From: Eledone cirrhosa
Taxonomy: Eukaryota
Length of the DNA stretch: 64,000 bases
Direction of reading: 5' to 3'
Assembly (NCBI GenBank): GCA_964016885.1
Contig: OZ024764.1
Location: 7,812,001-7,876,000 of the forward strand
Part shown: one piece after another, positions 1 through 11,769 of the stretch
How the letters are laid out: each line of letters starts with the position of its first letter
How positions within the stretch are numbered: position 1 is the first letter of the stretch
Notes under the pieces: model-generated
The model's database searches: none
What the model was told of the DNA's origin: nothing
Seen by the model: the letters and a program-made list of their open reading frames with translations, nothing else
Program-made: the position numbers and the translations under genes

Positions 1-258
1 AACACATTGCCGACATCTGGAACACATTGCCGACATCTGGAGTACATTGCTGACATCTGGAACACATTGCCGACATCTGGAACACATTGCCGACATCTGG
101 AGTACATTGCTGACATCTGGAACACATTGCCGACATCTGGAACACATTGCCGACATCTGGAGCATATCCCTGACATCTGGAAGACTTTACCGAGATCTTC
201 AACACATCTCTGACATCTGGAGTACATCTCTCACATCTGGAACACATTGCTGACATCA
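1..258. repeat. 20-bp minisatellite (AACACATTGCCGACATCTGG)n, truncated by the window start
   Basis: About 13 tandem units with variants; the ORFs 7..213 and 47..253 are just its translation. Confidence 0.9.
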
Positions 259-453
259 CAACAACACGTCCTCACAACACAATAACACCATCTCAAAACA
301 CAATACAACAGTACCACACCTCACAACACAACACAACACCTCACAATAACACCATTTCACAACACAATACAACAGTACCACACCTCACAACACAACACAA
401 CAGTACCACACCTCACAACACAACACACCAGCATCGCTATACAGTGACACTAC

Positions 454-540
454 ATGGAGACAGTTGTACCTGCCGACAGTACTGGGCTCGGTCTCAGACC
501 ATCGGTCAAGGAAGAAGACTTCCTTATGCCAGCTGTCGTC

Positions 541-580
<40 letters not shown>

Positions 581-2416
581 GCAGCAACAATGAGACACAT
601 ATTGTGACGGACTTATTCATCATCTCTTCCGTCATCTCGGAAGATCCTGATGATGATGGTGGTGGTGGTGGTGGTCTGGAGGTGAGACCAGGTCATGGTG
701 GTGGCGGTGGTGGTGTGGAGGTGAGACCAGTTCCTGATGGTGGTGGTGATGGTTGTGGTGGTGGTAGTGGTTACATCAATGATGATGTTGGTATTGGTGA
801 TGATGGCAGTGGTTGTGGTGATGTTGATGGTGGTGGTGGTGGTAGTGGTGGTGTCGTTGAAGTTCTGGTTTTGGATGGTGGTGGTGGTGGTGGTTATAAT
901 ACTACTACTACTACTACTACTAGTAACATTAATAAGAACAATAATAGCAGTAATGGTAGTGGTTGCCTGGCAACAGTTGGTGGTGGTGGCATTGGACAAG
1001 CTGACACCACCGGCACCGCCATTATCAACAAATTGTTTTTTGTGTCCAGTATCAACCCTGCCTCAGCCTCCGCATCTCCCTTACCACCCCACTCACCTTC
1101 TGCCTCCACAGTGTCAGAGTTGCCTCCCCTAGCGACGAATGCTGCCATAGCTACAACCTGGGAGCTGCCACCCCTTGCGATGAATGGTGCCGTAACTACG
1201 ACAACAGAGTTACCTCCCCTAACTACGACAACGGAGTTGCCTACCCTTGCGACAGATGCTGCCTTGACTACGACACTGGAGCTGCCTCCCCCTCACACAA
1301 ATGATGCCTTAACTACGATATCAGAGTTGCCTCCCCTTCATATGAATGCCGCCTTAACTACGAGGTCGGCGTTATCATCATCATCATCATCGGCAATGCG
1401 ACAACAGCTGCAAGAAAAGAACAACAAAGGCCACAAGCACGTGTGCAGTTGGTGCTCGCGGGCATTTGGTCGCAGCTGCGATCTACAGCGCCACCTACGT
1501 ATCCACACTGGGGAGAAGCCGTATGTGTGCAGCTACTGCGGAAAGACGTTCTCACAGTCTGGCAGCCTTACTGCACACATGCGCATTCACACAGGAGAGA
1601 AGAAGAAACCATTTGAGTGCAGGCATTGCCATGCTTTGTTTCTGGTGCATGCGGAGATGCTCATACATTGCAGGTCGGTGCATAACAGCAACAACAATAT
1701 CAACAACAGTCCAGGCAGTGGCAGCTGTCCGAGCGGCTCTCGCATCAAGTGCACCTACTGCGAGAAGGGGTTCACGTCGCAGAGCACGCTGTTGACGCAC
1801 CTCCGAATGCACACTGGCGAGAAGCCGTTTGCGTGCAAGCTGTGCTGTAAGGCATTTGCGCACAAGAGTGACCTCACGAAGCATGTCCGGACGCACACCG
1901 GCGAGAAGCCGTTTGAGTGCGACGTCTGCCGGAAGCTGTTTTCGCGCTCGACCAGTCTGACTGTGCACCGCCGATGTCACACGGGGGAGCGCCCTTTCAC
2001 CTGCGTCTATTGCGCCAAGACTTTCTCCTGCTCCAGCTACCTCACCAAGCACACTCGCACCCACACCGGCGAGCGACCGTACACGTGCCAGCACTGCGAC
2101 AAGTCGTTCAGGGTCTCCAGCCACCTGGCACGCCATACCAGGGGACACACAAGGCTGAAGGGTTTCGACCACAAATACTGCAAAAACAGCAACAACAAGA
2201 AAAACAACAACCGCAATAACAACACCACCAACAACAACAGTTATAACAGCAATAACAACAGTTACAACTACTATAACAACAACAGTTACAATTTCAATAA
2301 CAGCAACAACAACAACAGAAGCTTTCTCGAAGTTGCAGTAAAGTTTACAACAACAACAGCAACAACAACAACAATTGAACCAACAGAAACTGAAACAAAG
2401 CCAGCAATAGTAACGA

Positions 2417-2448
<32 letters not shown>

Positions 2449-2697
2449 ACACCATCATTATTATCAACAACACCATCATCATCATCATCATCATCATTAT
2501 CAACACCAACATTGTCATCACCCTCATCATCATTGACAGCGGCAGTAGAATTATTGGAGTCTGCAGGAAAAGGGGTGCGCACGACGAAAATAATTCCTCC
2601 CACCATGGATGTGTCGCATAGTGCCAGAGGGGAGAGAGACGGGGGCAGAGAGTCAGAGGAGGCGCAGCACTTAGTTGAACAGATGCCTGGGTCGTCG

Positions 2698-2729
<32 letters not shown>

Positions 2730-5700
2730 TTCTATTTCTGAACCTTCCCTAACCTCTGACCTCATGCTTCGACCTTCTTTGACCTCTGACACTCTGACTC
2801 TAATTTCCACCTCTGATCCCTTGCCCCAACCTTCGAACTCCGACCCCATGCACGAAGCTTCTCTGACCTCCTCTGACCTCGTGCCACGACCTTCCATGAC
2901 CTCTGACCTCGTGCCACGACCTTCCATCACCTCCAACCTCATGTCACGACCTTCCACGACCTCTGACCTCATACCACAATCTTCCATGACCTCTGTCTCT
3001 CCTTTCCCAAAACAACAACACCAAAACTTAAAAACGAACTTTGGCGTCAGTGCACCTTGCTATGTGCACACGACAGGCCACACCAGCACCTGCAGCAGCA
3101 GAGTGTTGCACCTGCTGCAACAGCCACGCGCACAGTTGCAGCGTGTTGAATGCATGTCGACAGCAACGAAATGTGTCATGTCACCGTCCACCGTCCACCT
3201 CGGCAAGGACTGCAACCGTGCGCTGCATCTGGCCGACATGCAGTATGTGTTGACCATGCGTGGAGTGCAAGTGATGCAAGCCGTTGAGTGCACGGAGACC
3301 GTACCAGTGATACGGGAGGGGTCTATGGACGGAGTGAAAGAGATGCAAGTAATTGAGGGTACAGAGACTGTACCAGTGATACGGGAGGGGTCTGTGGACG
3401 GAGTGGAAGAGATGCAAGCAATTGAGGGTACAGAGACCGTACCAGTGATACGGGAGGGGTATGTGGACGGAGTGGAAGAGATGCAAGCAATTGAGAGTAC
3501 AGAGACCGTACCAGTGATACGGGAGGGGTCTGTGGACGGAATGGAAGAGATGCAAGCAATTGAGGGTACAGAGACCGTACCAGTGATACGGGAGGGGTCT
3601 ATGGATGGAGTGAAAGAGATGCAAGTAATTGAGGGTACAGAGACCGTACCAGTGATACGGGAGGGGTCTGTGGACAGAATGGAAGAGATGCAAGCAATTG
3701 AGGGTACAGAGACCGTACCAGTGATACGGGAGGAGTCTATGGATGGAGTGAAAGAGATGCAAGGATTTGAGGGTACAGAGACCGTACCAGTGATACGGGA
3801 GGGGTCTATGGATGGAGTGAAAGAGATGCAAAGATTTGAGGGTACAGAGACCGTACCAGTGATACGGGAGGGGTTTATGGATGGAGTGAAAGAGATGCAA
3901 GGATTTGAGGGTACAGAGACCGTACCAGTGATACGGGAGGGGTCTATGGATGGAGTGAAAGAGATGCAAGAATTTGAGGGTACAGAGACCGTACCAGTGA
4001 TACGGGAGGGGTCTATGGATGGAGTGGAAGAGGGGAAACATGTTGAGAGTACGGAAACGGTACCGGCGATATGCGTGGGGCATGTGGATGGAGTAGATGT
4101 GATGCAGGGTGTCGAGAATTTGGAGGTCATACCAGAGATGCGTGTGGGATCTATGGATGTGGTGCAAAATGGCGTGAGTATGGAGGCCATGCCTGGCGGC
4201 GATGTCCAGGCCCTACCTGGGTTGAGCGATGTTCCAGGGGTACAGTCTGTGGCCGGGATATATGTAGGAGCCCCTCCTAAGGACTGTGTGGACAGTGTCC
4301 TGGGTGTTAAGCCAGAGTCCGGTGTAGAAGTGCAGAGTGTCCTGGGTGTTAAGCCAGAGTCCAGTGTAGAAGTGCAGAGTGTACATGCCGTTAAACCAGA
4401 GTCTAGCATAGGAGTGCAGAGTGTCCTGGGTGTTAAGGCAGAGTCCGTTGTAGAAGTGCAGAGTGTACATGCCGTTAAACCAGAGTCTAGCATAGGAGTG
4501 CAGAGTGTCCTGGGTGTTAAGGCAGAGTCCGTTGTAGAAGTGCAGAGTGTACATGCCGTTAAACCAGAGTCTAGCATAGGAGTGCAGAGTGTCCTGGGTG
4601 TTAAGGCAGAGTCCGTTGTAGAAGTGAAGAGTGTACATGGCGTTAAACCAGAGTCCAGCATAGGAGTGCAGAGTGTCCTGGGTGTTAAGGCAGAGTCCAG
4701 TGTAGAAGTGCAGAGTGTACATGGCGTTAAGTCCAGCGTAGAATTGCAGAGTGGGGAACCAATGTCCAGCATAGAAGTTCAGAGTGTACAGGGTGCCAAG
4801 CCAATAGTTGAGCCAGTATCCAGTGAAGAGATGGACGATGTCCAGGGTGTGGATTCCTTCCCTGTGGTCAATGTACATTTTATTGAACCAGTGTCCAGGA
4901 TGGTGGAAGTGAAGACTGACCAGTCTGTCAAGGCTTTCCCTAGGGTCAGTGTAGATCACGTCCAGTGTGTTGAACCAGTGTCCAGGATGGTGGAAGTGAA
5001 GACTGACCAGTCTGTCAAGGCTTGCCCTAGGGTCAGTGTAGATCACGTCCAGTGTGTTGAACCAGTGTCCAGGATGGTGGAAGTGAAGACTGACCAGTCT
5101 GTCAAGGCTTGCCCTAGGGTCAGTGTAGATCACGTCCAGTGTGTTGAACCAGTGTCCAGGATGGTCGAAGTGAAGACTGACCAGTCTGTCAAGGCTTGCC
5201 CTAGGGTCAGTGTAGATCACATCCAGTGTGTTGAACCAGTGTCCAGGATGGTGGAAGTGAAGACTGACCAGTGTGTCAAGGCTTGCCCTAGGGTCAGTGT
5301 AGATCACGTCCAGTGTGTTGAACCAGTGTCCAGGATGGTGGGAGTGAAGACTGACCAGTCTGTCAAGGCTTGCCCTAGGGTCAGTGTAGATCACGTCCAG
5401 TGTGTTGAACCAGTGTCCAGGATGGTCGAAGTAAAGACTGACCAGTGTGTCAAGGCTTGCCCTAGGGTCAGTGTAGATAACGTCCAGTGTGTTGAACCAG
5501 TGTCCAGGATGGTCGAAGTAAAGACTGACCAGTGTGTCAAGGCTTGCCCTAGGGTCAGTGTAGATCACGTCCAGTGTGTTGAACCAGTGTCCAGGATGGT
5601 CGAAGTAAAGACTGACCAGTCTGTCAAGGCTTGCCCTAGGGTCAGTGTAGATAACGTCCAGTGTGTTGAACCAGTGTCCAGGATGGTGGGAGTAAAGACT

Positions 5701-6708
5701 GACCAGTGTGTCAAGGCTTGCCCTAGGGTCAGTGTAGATCATGTCCAGTGTGTTGAACCAGTGTCCAGGATGGTCGAAGTAAAGACTGACCAGTGTGTCA
5801 AGGCTTGCCCTAGGGTCAGTGTAGATAACGTCCAGTGTGTTGAACCAGTGTCCAATGAAAGCAACATGGTAGGGGCTATACAGTGTATGGAGGCAGGTCC
5901 TGCGGTCAGTGTAAATCATGTCCAGTGTGTTGAACCAGTGTCCAGCAGCTCGGTGGAACTTCAGGGTGTCCACCATCATCAGCAACGCAACCACCATGAG
6001 TGTGTGCACTCACTGCCCCTCCCATCACCTCTTGCTGCCCCTCGTCCTTCTGGTCAGGGTGATGGTGGTGGTGGTGGGGAGACTGGCTGGTCGGATGTCC
6101 AAGCCCCCACTGGCTTCAACACCACCACCCCCAACCCCACCACCACCACCCCCAACCCCACCAGTTCCACCACCCCCAACCCCACCAGTTCCACCACCAC
6201 CACCGCCCCCAACCCCACCAGTTCCACCACCACCGGCTTCAACACCGCCCCCACCACCATTACCGAGGGTGACATGATGGAAATTGACTCTGATTGTGAC
6301 ACACACCATCATCACCATCATCATCATCAACAACAACAAGAACATCATCATCAATATCAACAACAACAGCAGCAGCAGCAGCAGCAACATGAACAACAGC
6401 AATATCATCAACAGCAGCAACATCATCATCAACATCACCAACACCCTGTCGCTGCACCAGACGATAACCATATGACCGTGTCTCACGACGACACTCTACC
6501 ACCCTTCGCCGTTGCCGACAGCGACAGCGACCCCGCCTTTCATACCTGTGTTGAGTGCAAGAGGGTGTTTGTCAATGGATCTGTATACCGAGTTCACCTA
6601 CGGTCTCACACTACATCGGCCTCTTCCAACCTCCTCCTTCACCAGGACGCCAGGTTTCTCCACTATAACTGCTGCCAAAGACGACACTTGGCTGAGGCAG
6701 AGTTGTAA
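454..6708 (+). CDS. C2H2 (Kruppel-type) zinc-finger protein, 2084 aa: 8 clustered fingers, 1 C-terminal finger, long low-complexity and tandem-repeat regions
   Basis: 6.25-kb uninterrupted ORF. CxxC-x12-HxxxH fingers with TGEKP/TGERP linkers at ~1438-2148; isolated finger CVECKRVFVNGSVYRVHLRSH at ~6547-6609. Poly-N/G/T/S/Q/H tracts. An extra upstream exon cannot be excluded. Confidence 0.88.
3289..4116 (+). repeat. Coding minisatellite, 69-bp unit (GTETVPVIREGSMDGVKEMQxxE), 11 copies plus a degenerate one
   Basis: Visible in DNA and in the ORF translation. Confidence 0.92.
4288..4745 (+). repeat. Coding minisatellite, 42-bp unit (VQSVLGVKAE/VQSVHAVKPE alternating), ~11 copies
   Basis: Visible in DNA and protein; higher-order 84-bp dimer. 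Confidence 0.9.
4882..5853 (+). repeat. Coding minisatellite, 87-bp unit (VEPVSRMVEVKTDQSVKACPRVSVDHVQC), 11 copies
   Basis: Visible in DNA and protein. Confidence 0.92.
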
Positions 6709-6742
6709 ATTTAATCTAATGCCCGAGGTCAGGCAGGACTCT

Positions 6743-7780
6743 TTAACCCTTTAGCATTTAAACCGGCCATATCTGGCCAGAATTCTCTCACCTCTTTCTG
6801 TTCAAACCAGCCATAACTGGTTACTCACACTATGTTAACCCTTTAGCATTTAAACCAGCCATATCCAGCCAGAATTCTCTCACCTCTTTCTGTTCAAACC
6901 AGCCATATCCAGCCAGAATTCTCTCACCTCTCTCTGTTCAAACCAGCCATAACTGGTTACTCATACTATGTTAACCCTTTAGCATTTAAACCGGCCATAT
7001 CCGGCTAGAATTCTCTCACCTCTTTCTGTTCAAACCAGCCATAACTGGTTACTCATACTATGTTAACCCTTTAGCATTTAAACCGACCATATCCGGCTAG
7101 AATTCTCTCACCTCTTTCTGTTCAAACCAGCCATAACTGGTTACTCATACTATGTTAACCCTTTAGCATTTAAACCAGCCATATCCAGCCAGAATTCTCT
7201 CACCTCTTTCTGTTCAAACCAGCCATAACTGGTTACTCATACTATGTTAACCCTTTAGCATTTAAACCGGCCATATCCGGCTAGAATTCTCTCATCTCTT
7301 TCTGTTCAAACCAGCCATAACTGGTTACTCACACTATGTTAACCCTTTAGCATTTAAACCGACCATATCCGGCCAGAATTCTCTCACCTCTTTCTGTTCA
7401 AACCAGCCATAACTGGTTACTCATACTATGTTAACCCTTTAGCATTTAAACCAGCCATATCCAGCCAGAATTCTCTCACCTCTCTCTGTTCAAACCAGCC
7501 ATAACTGGTTACTCATACTATGTTAACCCTTTAGCATTTAAACCGGCCATATCCGGCTAGAATTCTCTCACCTCTTTCTGTTCAAACCAGCCATAACTGG
7601 TTACTCATACTATGTTAACCCTTTAGCATTTAAACCGACCATATCCGGCTAGAATTCTCTCATCTCTTTCTGTTCAAACCAACCATAACTGGTTACTCAT
7701 ACTATGTTAACCCTTTAACATTTAAACCGGCCATATCCGGCCAGAATTCTCTCACCTCTTTCTGTTTAACCCTTTAGCAT
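6743..7780. repeat. 92-bp tandem array made of the end of a TTAA-CCC (piggyBac-like) MITE, ~11 copies
   Basis: Each unit starts TTAACCCTTTAGCATTTAAACC and matches the first ~90 bp of the element at 23321. Confidence 0.85.
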
Positions 7781-8461
7781 TCACATTATTTTATATATAC
7801 TAAGGGCTGTGGATTGGCAGTATCAGTAGAGGGTCGGACGCCATGCTTTGACGCATTCAGTTACGGCCCTTGCCATTCTGTGTTCAAATCCCGCCGAGGT
7901 TAACTTTGCCTTTCATCCTTATGGGGTCGATAAAATAAAGTACCAGTAATGTACTGGGTAATTGCTGTCCTTGTGCCTAAAGTAGAACCAATTATTTTAT
8001 ATATACTATTATATTTTAATGGTAAGGCTTTATCTCACATAACATTTACATTACTCTATATATACTATTGTATGTTCACAGTAAAGGCTTTCCCTCACAT
8101 AATATTTACATTACTCTATATATACTATTGTATTTTAATGGTAAAGGCTTTACCTTGTATAATTATCTCACATAATATCGAATCTATGAGATTTTGAAAG
8201 TATTTATTTTGAGAACAATACCTTAACATCAGTTTGAACGACCAGTTACAGCCAGTTTCAACAGAAAGAGGTAAAGAATTCTGGCCAGTTTGAACACTAA
8301 AGGGTTAAACTGGCTGTAACTGGCTGCTCATATTGATGTTAAGGAATTGTTCTCAAAATACATAATATCAAGATCTCATAGACTCGATATTATGTGAAAT
8401 AAAGACCTTACCAAGAAAATATAATAGTGAATATAGGTTAATGTAAATGCTAAAGGGTTAA
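7767..8461. mobile_element. piggyBac-like MITE copies, one interrupted by a SINE
   Basis: TTAACCCTTTAGCATT at 7767 and complementary TAAAGGGTTAA ends near 8308 and 8461; internal 72-bp-unit sequence shared with 23321-24267 and 45051-45428. Confidence 0.65.
7803..7995 (+). mobile_element. tRNA-derived SINE family B
   Basis: B-box-like GTTCAAATCCC and central GCCTTTCATCC..GGGGTCGATAAAATAAAGTACCAG; homologous copies at 30240-30430 (-), 42273-42465, 42880-43035, 58960-59150. Confidence 0.8.
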
Positions 8462-9120
8462 ACACAAGGCTAATAACTTTTTGAAGGAGGGGAAAGTTGA
8501 TTAACTCAACTTCAGTGGGTTCTCTAGAAAAGAAAAAAAAGTCTAAAATCTGTTTCAAACCTGGAAACTCATCAGGCTGGTCTTTACCTCTGTTTCCGTG
8601 ACAGAGTACAAGACTTCCCCCTGGACAGGACGCCAGTCCATCACAGGGTTAAAGTCTGTCTCGAACCAGAAAGGTCATCAGGCCAAGACTTATTCCAGTT
8701 TCTGTGGTATTAAGTGAGAGTACAAGACTCCCCCTGGACAGGACGCTAGTCACCACAGGGTTAAAGTCTAAGAACTCAGCCCTCCCAAGAAAATGTACAT
8801 TTTTTTAATATATATGTATATATATATATATATATATAGTTATTTAATTAGTATTAGTACAGTTTAAGGAGAGAAAGCAGAAATTGCTTGCTTCAACTTT
8901 TAATCTGTGCTATTAAAAATATTTGCTCTACGGGTTTATATATAATTATTTATATATATGTATATATATATACGTACACATATTAATATATATATATACA
9001 TACATGCACATATTTATATATCATCATCATCATCATCATCATCATTCTACATTCGCTTTTCCCTGCTTGCAAGGGTTGGGCAATATATATATATATATAC
9101 ACACATATATATATACATAC

Positions 9121-9167
<47 letters not shown>

Positions 9168-9623
9168 TATATATACATACATATATATATGTGTATATAT
9201 ATATATAAATACAACCTTAATTGACTATTCTCTGGATATTGGTCCTTGTATTTATTACTACTTATGTATATATATATATATGTGTATATATAAAATGTGT
9301 GTATATGTGTATATATATATTTGTGTGTGTTTGTATATATGCATATGTGTGTGTATATGTATGTATATATGCATATATATGTGTGTGTATATGCATATAT
9401 GTGTGTATATATATATATATATATAGGGGCTGGAGGAAAAAATCCTGACAAGGATACATGGGACTTGGCCCTCCTAAGAAAATGTACATATTAAAAAAAA
9501 TAATTATTTAACCAAGAAAAAGTTAGGTTTTTTTTTTTTATTTCAAAAATTTATTAAATTTTAATATAAATTTTGTGTTAAAAATAAAAGAATTTTTTCC
9601 ATTCAAAAAATGTGTTTCTTTTT

Positions 9624-9637
9624 GTTGTCATGGCAAC
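9624..9637. promoter_or_regulatory. Candidate RFX X-box GTTGTCATGGCAAC
   Basis: 13/14 match to the palindromic X-box GTTGCCATGGCAAC, in non-repeat sequence between the ZNF and CCDC74-like genes. Confidence 0.4.
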
Positions 9638-10134
9638 ACATGTAACACCCCCCCCTCTTTCCTCCTTTGAAAATAAAATTGAAAAGTGTGTAGAAGGATG
9701 TATATATACTAGTTATAAGACAACTTGGCATCACAAGCATGTATGTATAATGTACAATAATGCGTGTATAATGTTATATACGCAGTGTCTGTCTATGTAC
9801 GTATATATATCCATATCTCTCTCTCACCCTCTCTCTCATGTATATGCATATGTGTGTGTGTATATATAATGTATATGTGTGTCTATGTATATATATATAT
9901 ATTTATGTGTGTGTATGTATATATATATATACGTATATGTGTGTGTGAATGTGTATATATATATATATATACACATACGAATGTGTTTGAATGTATGTAT
10001 ATGTGTGTGTATGTATATATATATACATTTATGTGTGTGTATGTATATATATATATATTTACGTATATGAATGTGTGTGTGTGTGTGAATGTGTGTATAT
10101 ATATATATATATACGTATATGAATATGTGTGTGA

Positions 10135-10176
<42 letters not shown>

Positions 10177-10334
10177 GTATATGTGTGTGTGTGAATGTGT
10201 ATATATATATATATATATACGTATACGAATGTGTGTGAATGTATGTATATGTGTGTGTATGTATATATATATATATATATATATTTACGTATATGAATGT
10301 GTGTATATATATATATATATATATACGTATATGA

Positions 10335-10366
<32 letters not shown>

Positions 10367-10981
10367 GCCCACACGCGAGTTCAATCGGAGGTAATCACAG
10401 TAAGTAAGGTACTCAATACATTAGTAGAGTGTAAACAAAGTTTAATATAGAAATGGCTTCAACAGTACTGGAACTGTTTCATTCAAAAGAAATCATCACA
10501 GCTTTCTTGGTGATTTCTTTTAAATGAAACAGTTCTTGTTCTGTAGAAGCCATCTCTATATTAAACATGATATATATTTTGATGGACACTCATACGTCGA
10601 TATCCAACGTATGAGTGTTCAACAAAAGTTAAATGTGAGAAAGTTAACTGATGTTGAACTACCCACACAAAGTTTTTAAGTGGTGAAGGCTTCTGTAGGA
10701 CCAACCACACTTTTTGGGACTGACGACACATATCTTCGGTGCAAATGTTTGCCACGGAAAATACGACAACCCTTTAAAAGAAAATACTATTTGGATGGCC
10801 GTTGACTCTGCTGAGTTCCTCCGCCCTTTACCGGGTCTTGTATTTAATCCCACGGGGTGTCCAAATATCACCCTCCTCACCAAGCAAGCTTGGTGGGGTT
10901 GCCGGTTTAGTCGCCGACGACCTGGCCATGAGACAGGTTCTACTGGGTGACGTGTTACCAGTAGCACTCGAGAGCGACATG

Positions 10982-11017
<36 letters not shown>

Positions 11018-11367
11018 TAGGTATAGGATTACCCAAGATGTAGTACTGGTTAATTACTACACTGGATATGGTTGACGTACGGTGAGAGGTTACTCTATGA
11101 GTTATGGAAGAATTGTTGAAGAAACTTAGTTCCTGATCCTTCTGTATTCCGGAGTGTATATAAAGAATGAATAATAACAGGTAGGCATCAAAAAAGGTAA
11201 TTTATTCCGTGTGCTTACAAATGTTTCCACGGTGGTACTACAAATACAGTTCTGCAAATATTTGTAAATTTGCACATAGCATAACTAGGCTGCAGTACCA
11301 CCGTGGAAACATTTGTAAGCACACGCAATAAATTACCTTTTTTGATGTCTACCTGTTATTATTCATT

Positions 11368-11402
<35 letters not shown>

Positions 11403-11405
<3 letters not shown>

Positions 11406-11752
11406 AAGGCGGGTAAAATTCCCGAGATCCATGGACGAGTTCTCTCCAGCGGTCTCTGTCCCTCATTATCGCTGCCATGTTGACATTGCACTCAGTGCTC
11501 CTTTGGGAGCCCCTACATGGACACACTAGAAGAGGAAGACCAAGGTTAACGTATGTTGATGCCCTAAGGACAGACACTGGTCTGTTGGAGATGCAGGACA
11601 TGGCAGCGATAATATATATATATATCCTAAAAGTCAGCTCAAAAGTGACACAGAGGAGACTGAGGTTGGCTGGACATGCTCACCGATAATGAGGGACAGA
11701 GACCACTGGAGAGAACTCGTCCATGGATCTCGGGAATTTTACCCGCCTTAGA
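11403..11752. mobile_element. RTE-like LINE 3' fragments in inverted arrangement
   Basis: Translates to GRPRLTYVDALR..MAAIMRDRDRWRELV; ~70-bp arms at 11403-11471 and 11683-11752 are reverse complements. Confidence 0.7.
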
Positions 11753-11769
11753 TAGATAGATATATATAT

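Noticed and set aside
3060-6009. Long antisense ORFs (570, 328, 598 aa) opposite the ZNF gene
   Set aside because: They are shadows of the in-frame coding repeats; no independent domain signal.
8923-10450. YIYI/ICVC-rich ORFs here and at 20.9-22.9, 39-42 and 51-52 kb
   Set aside because: Translations of (TA)n/(TG)n microsatellites.
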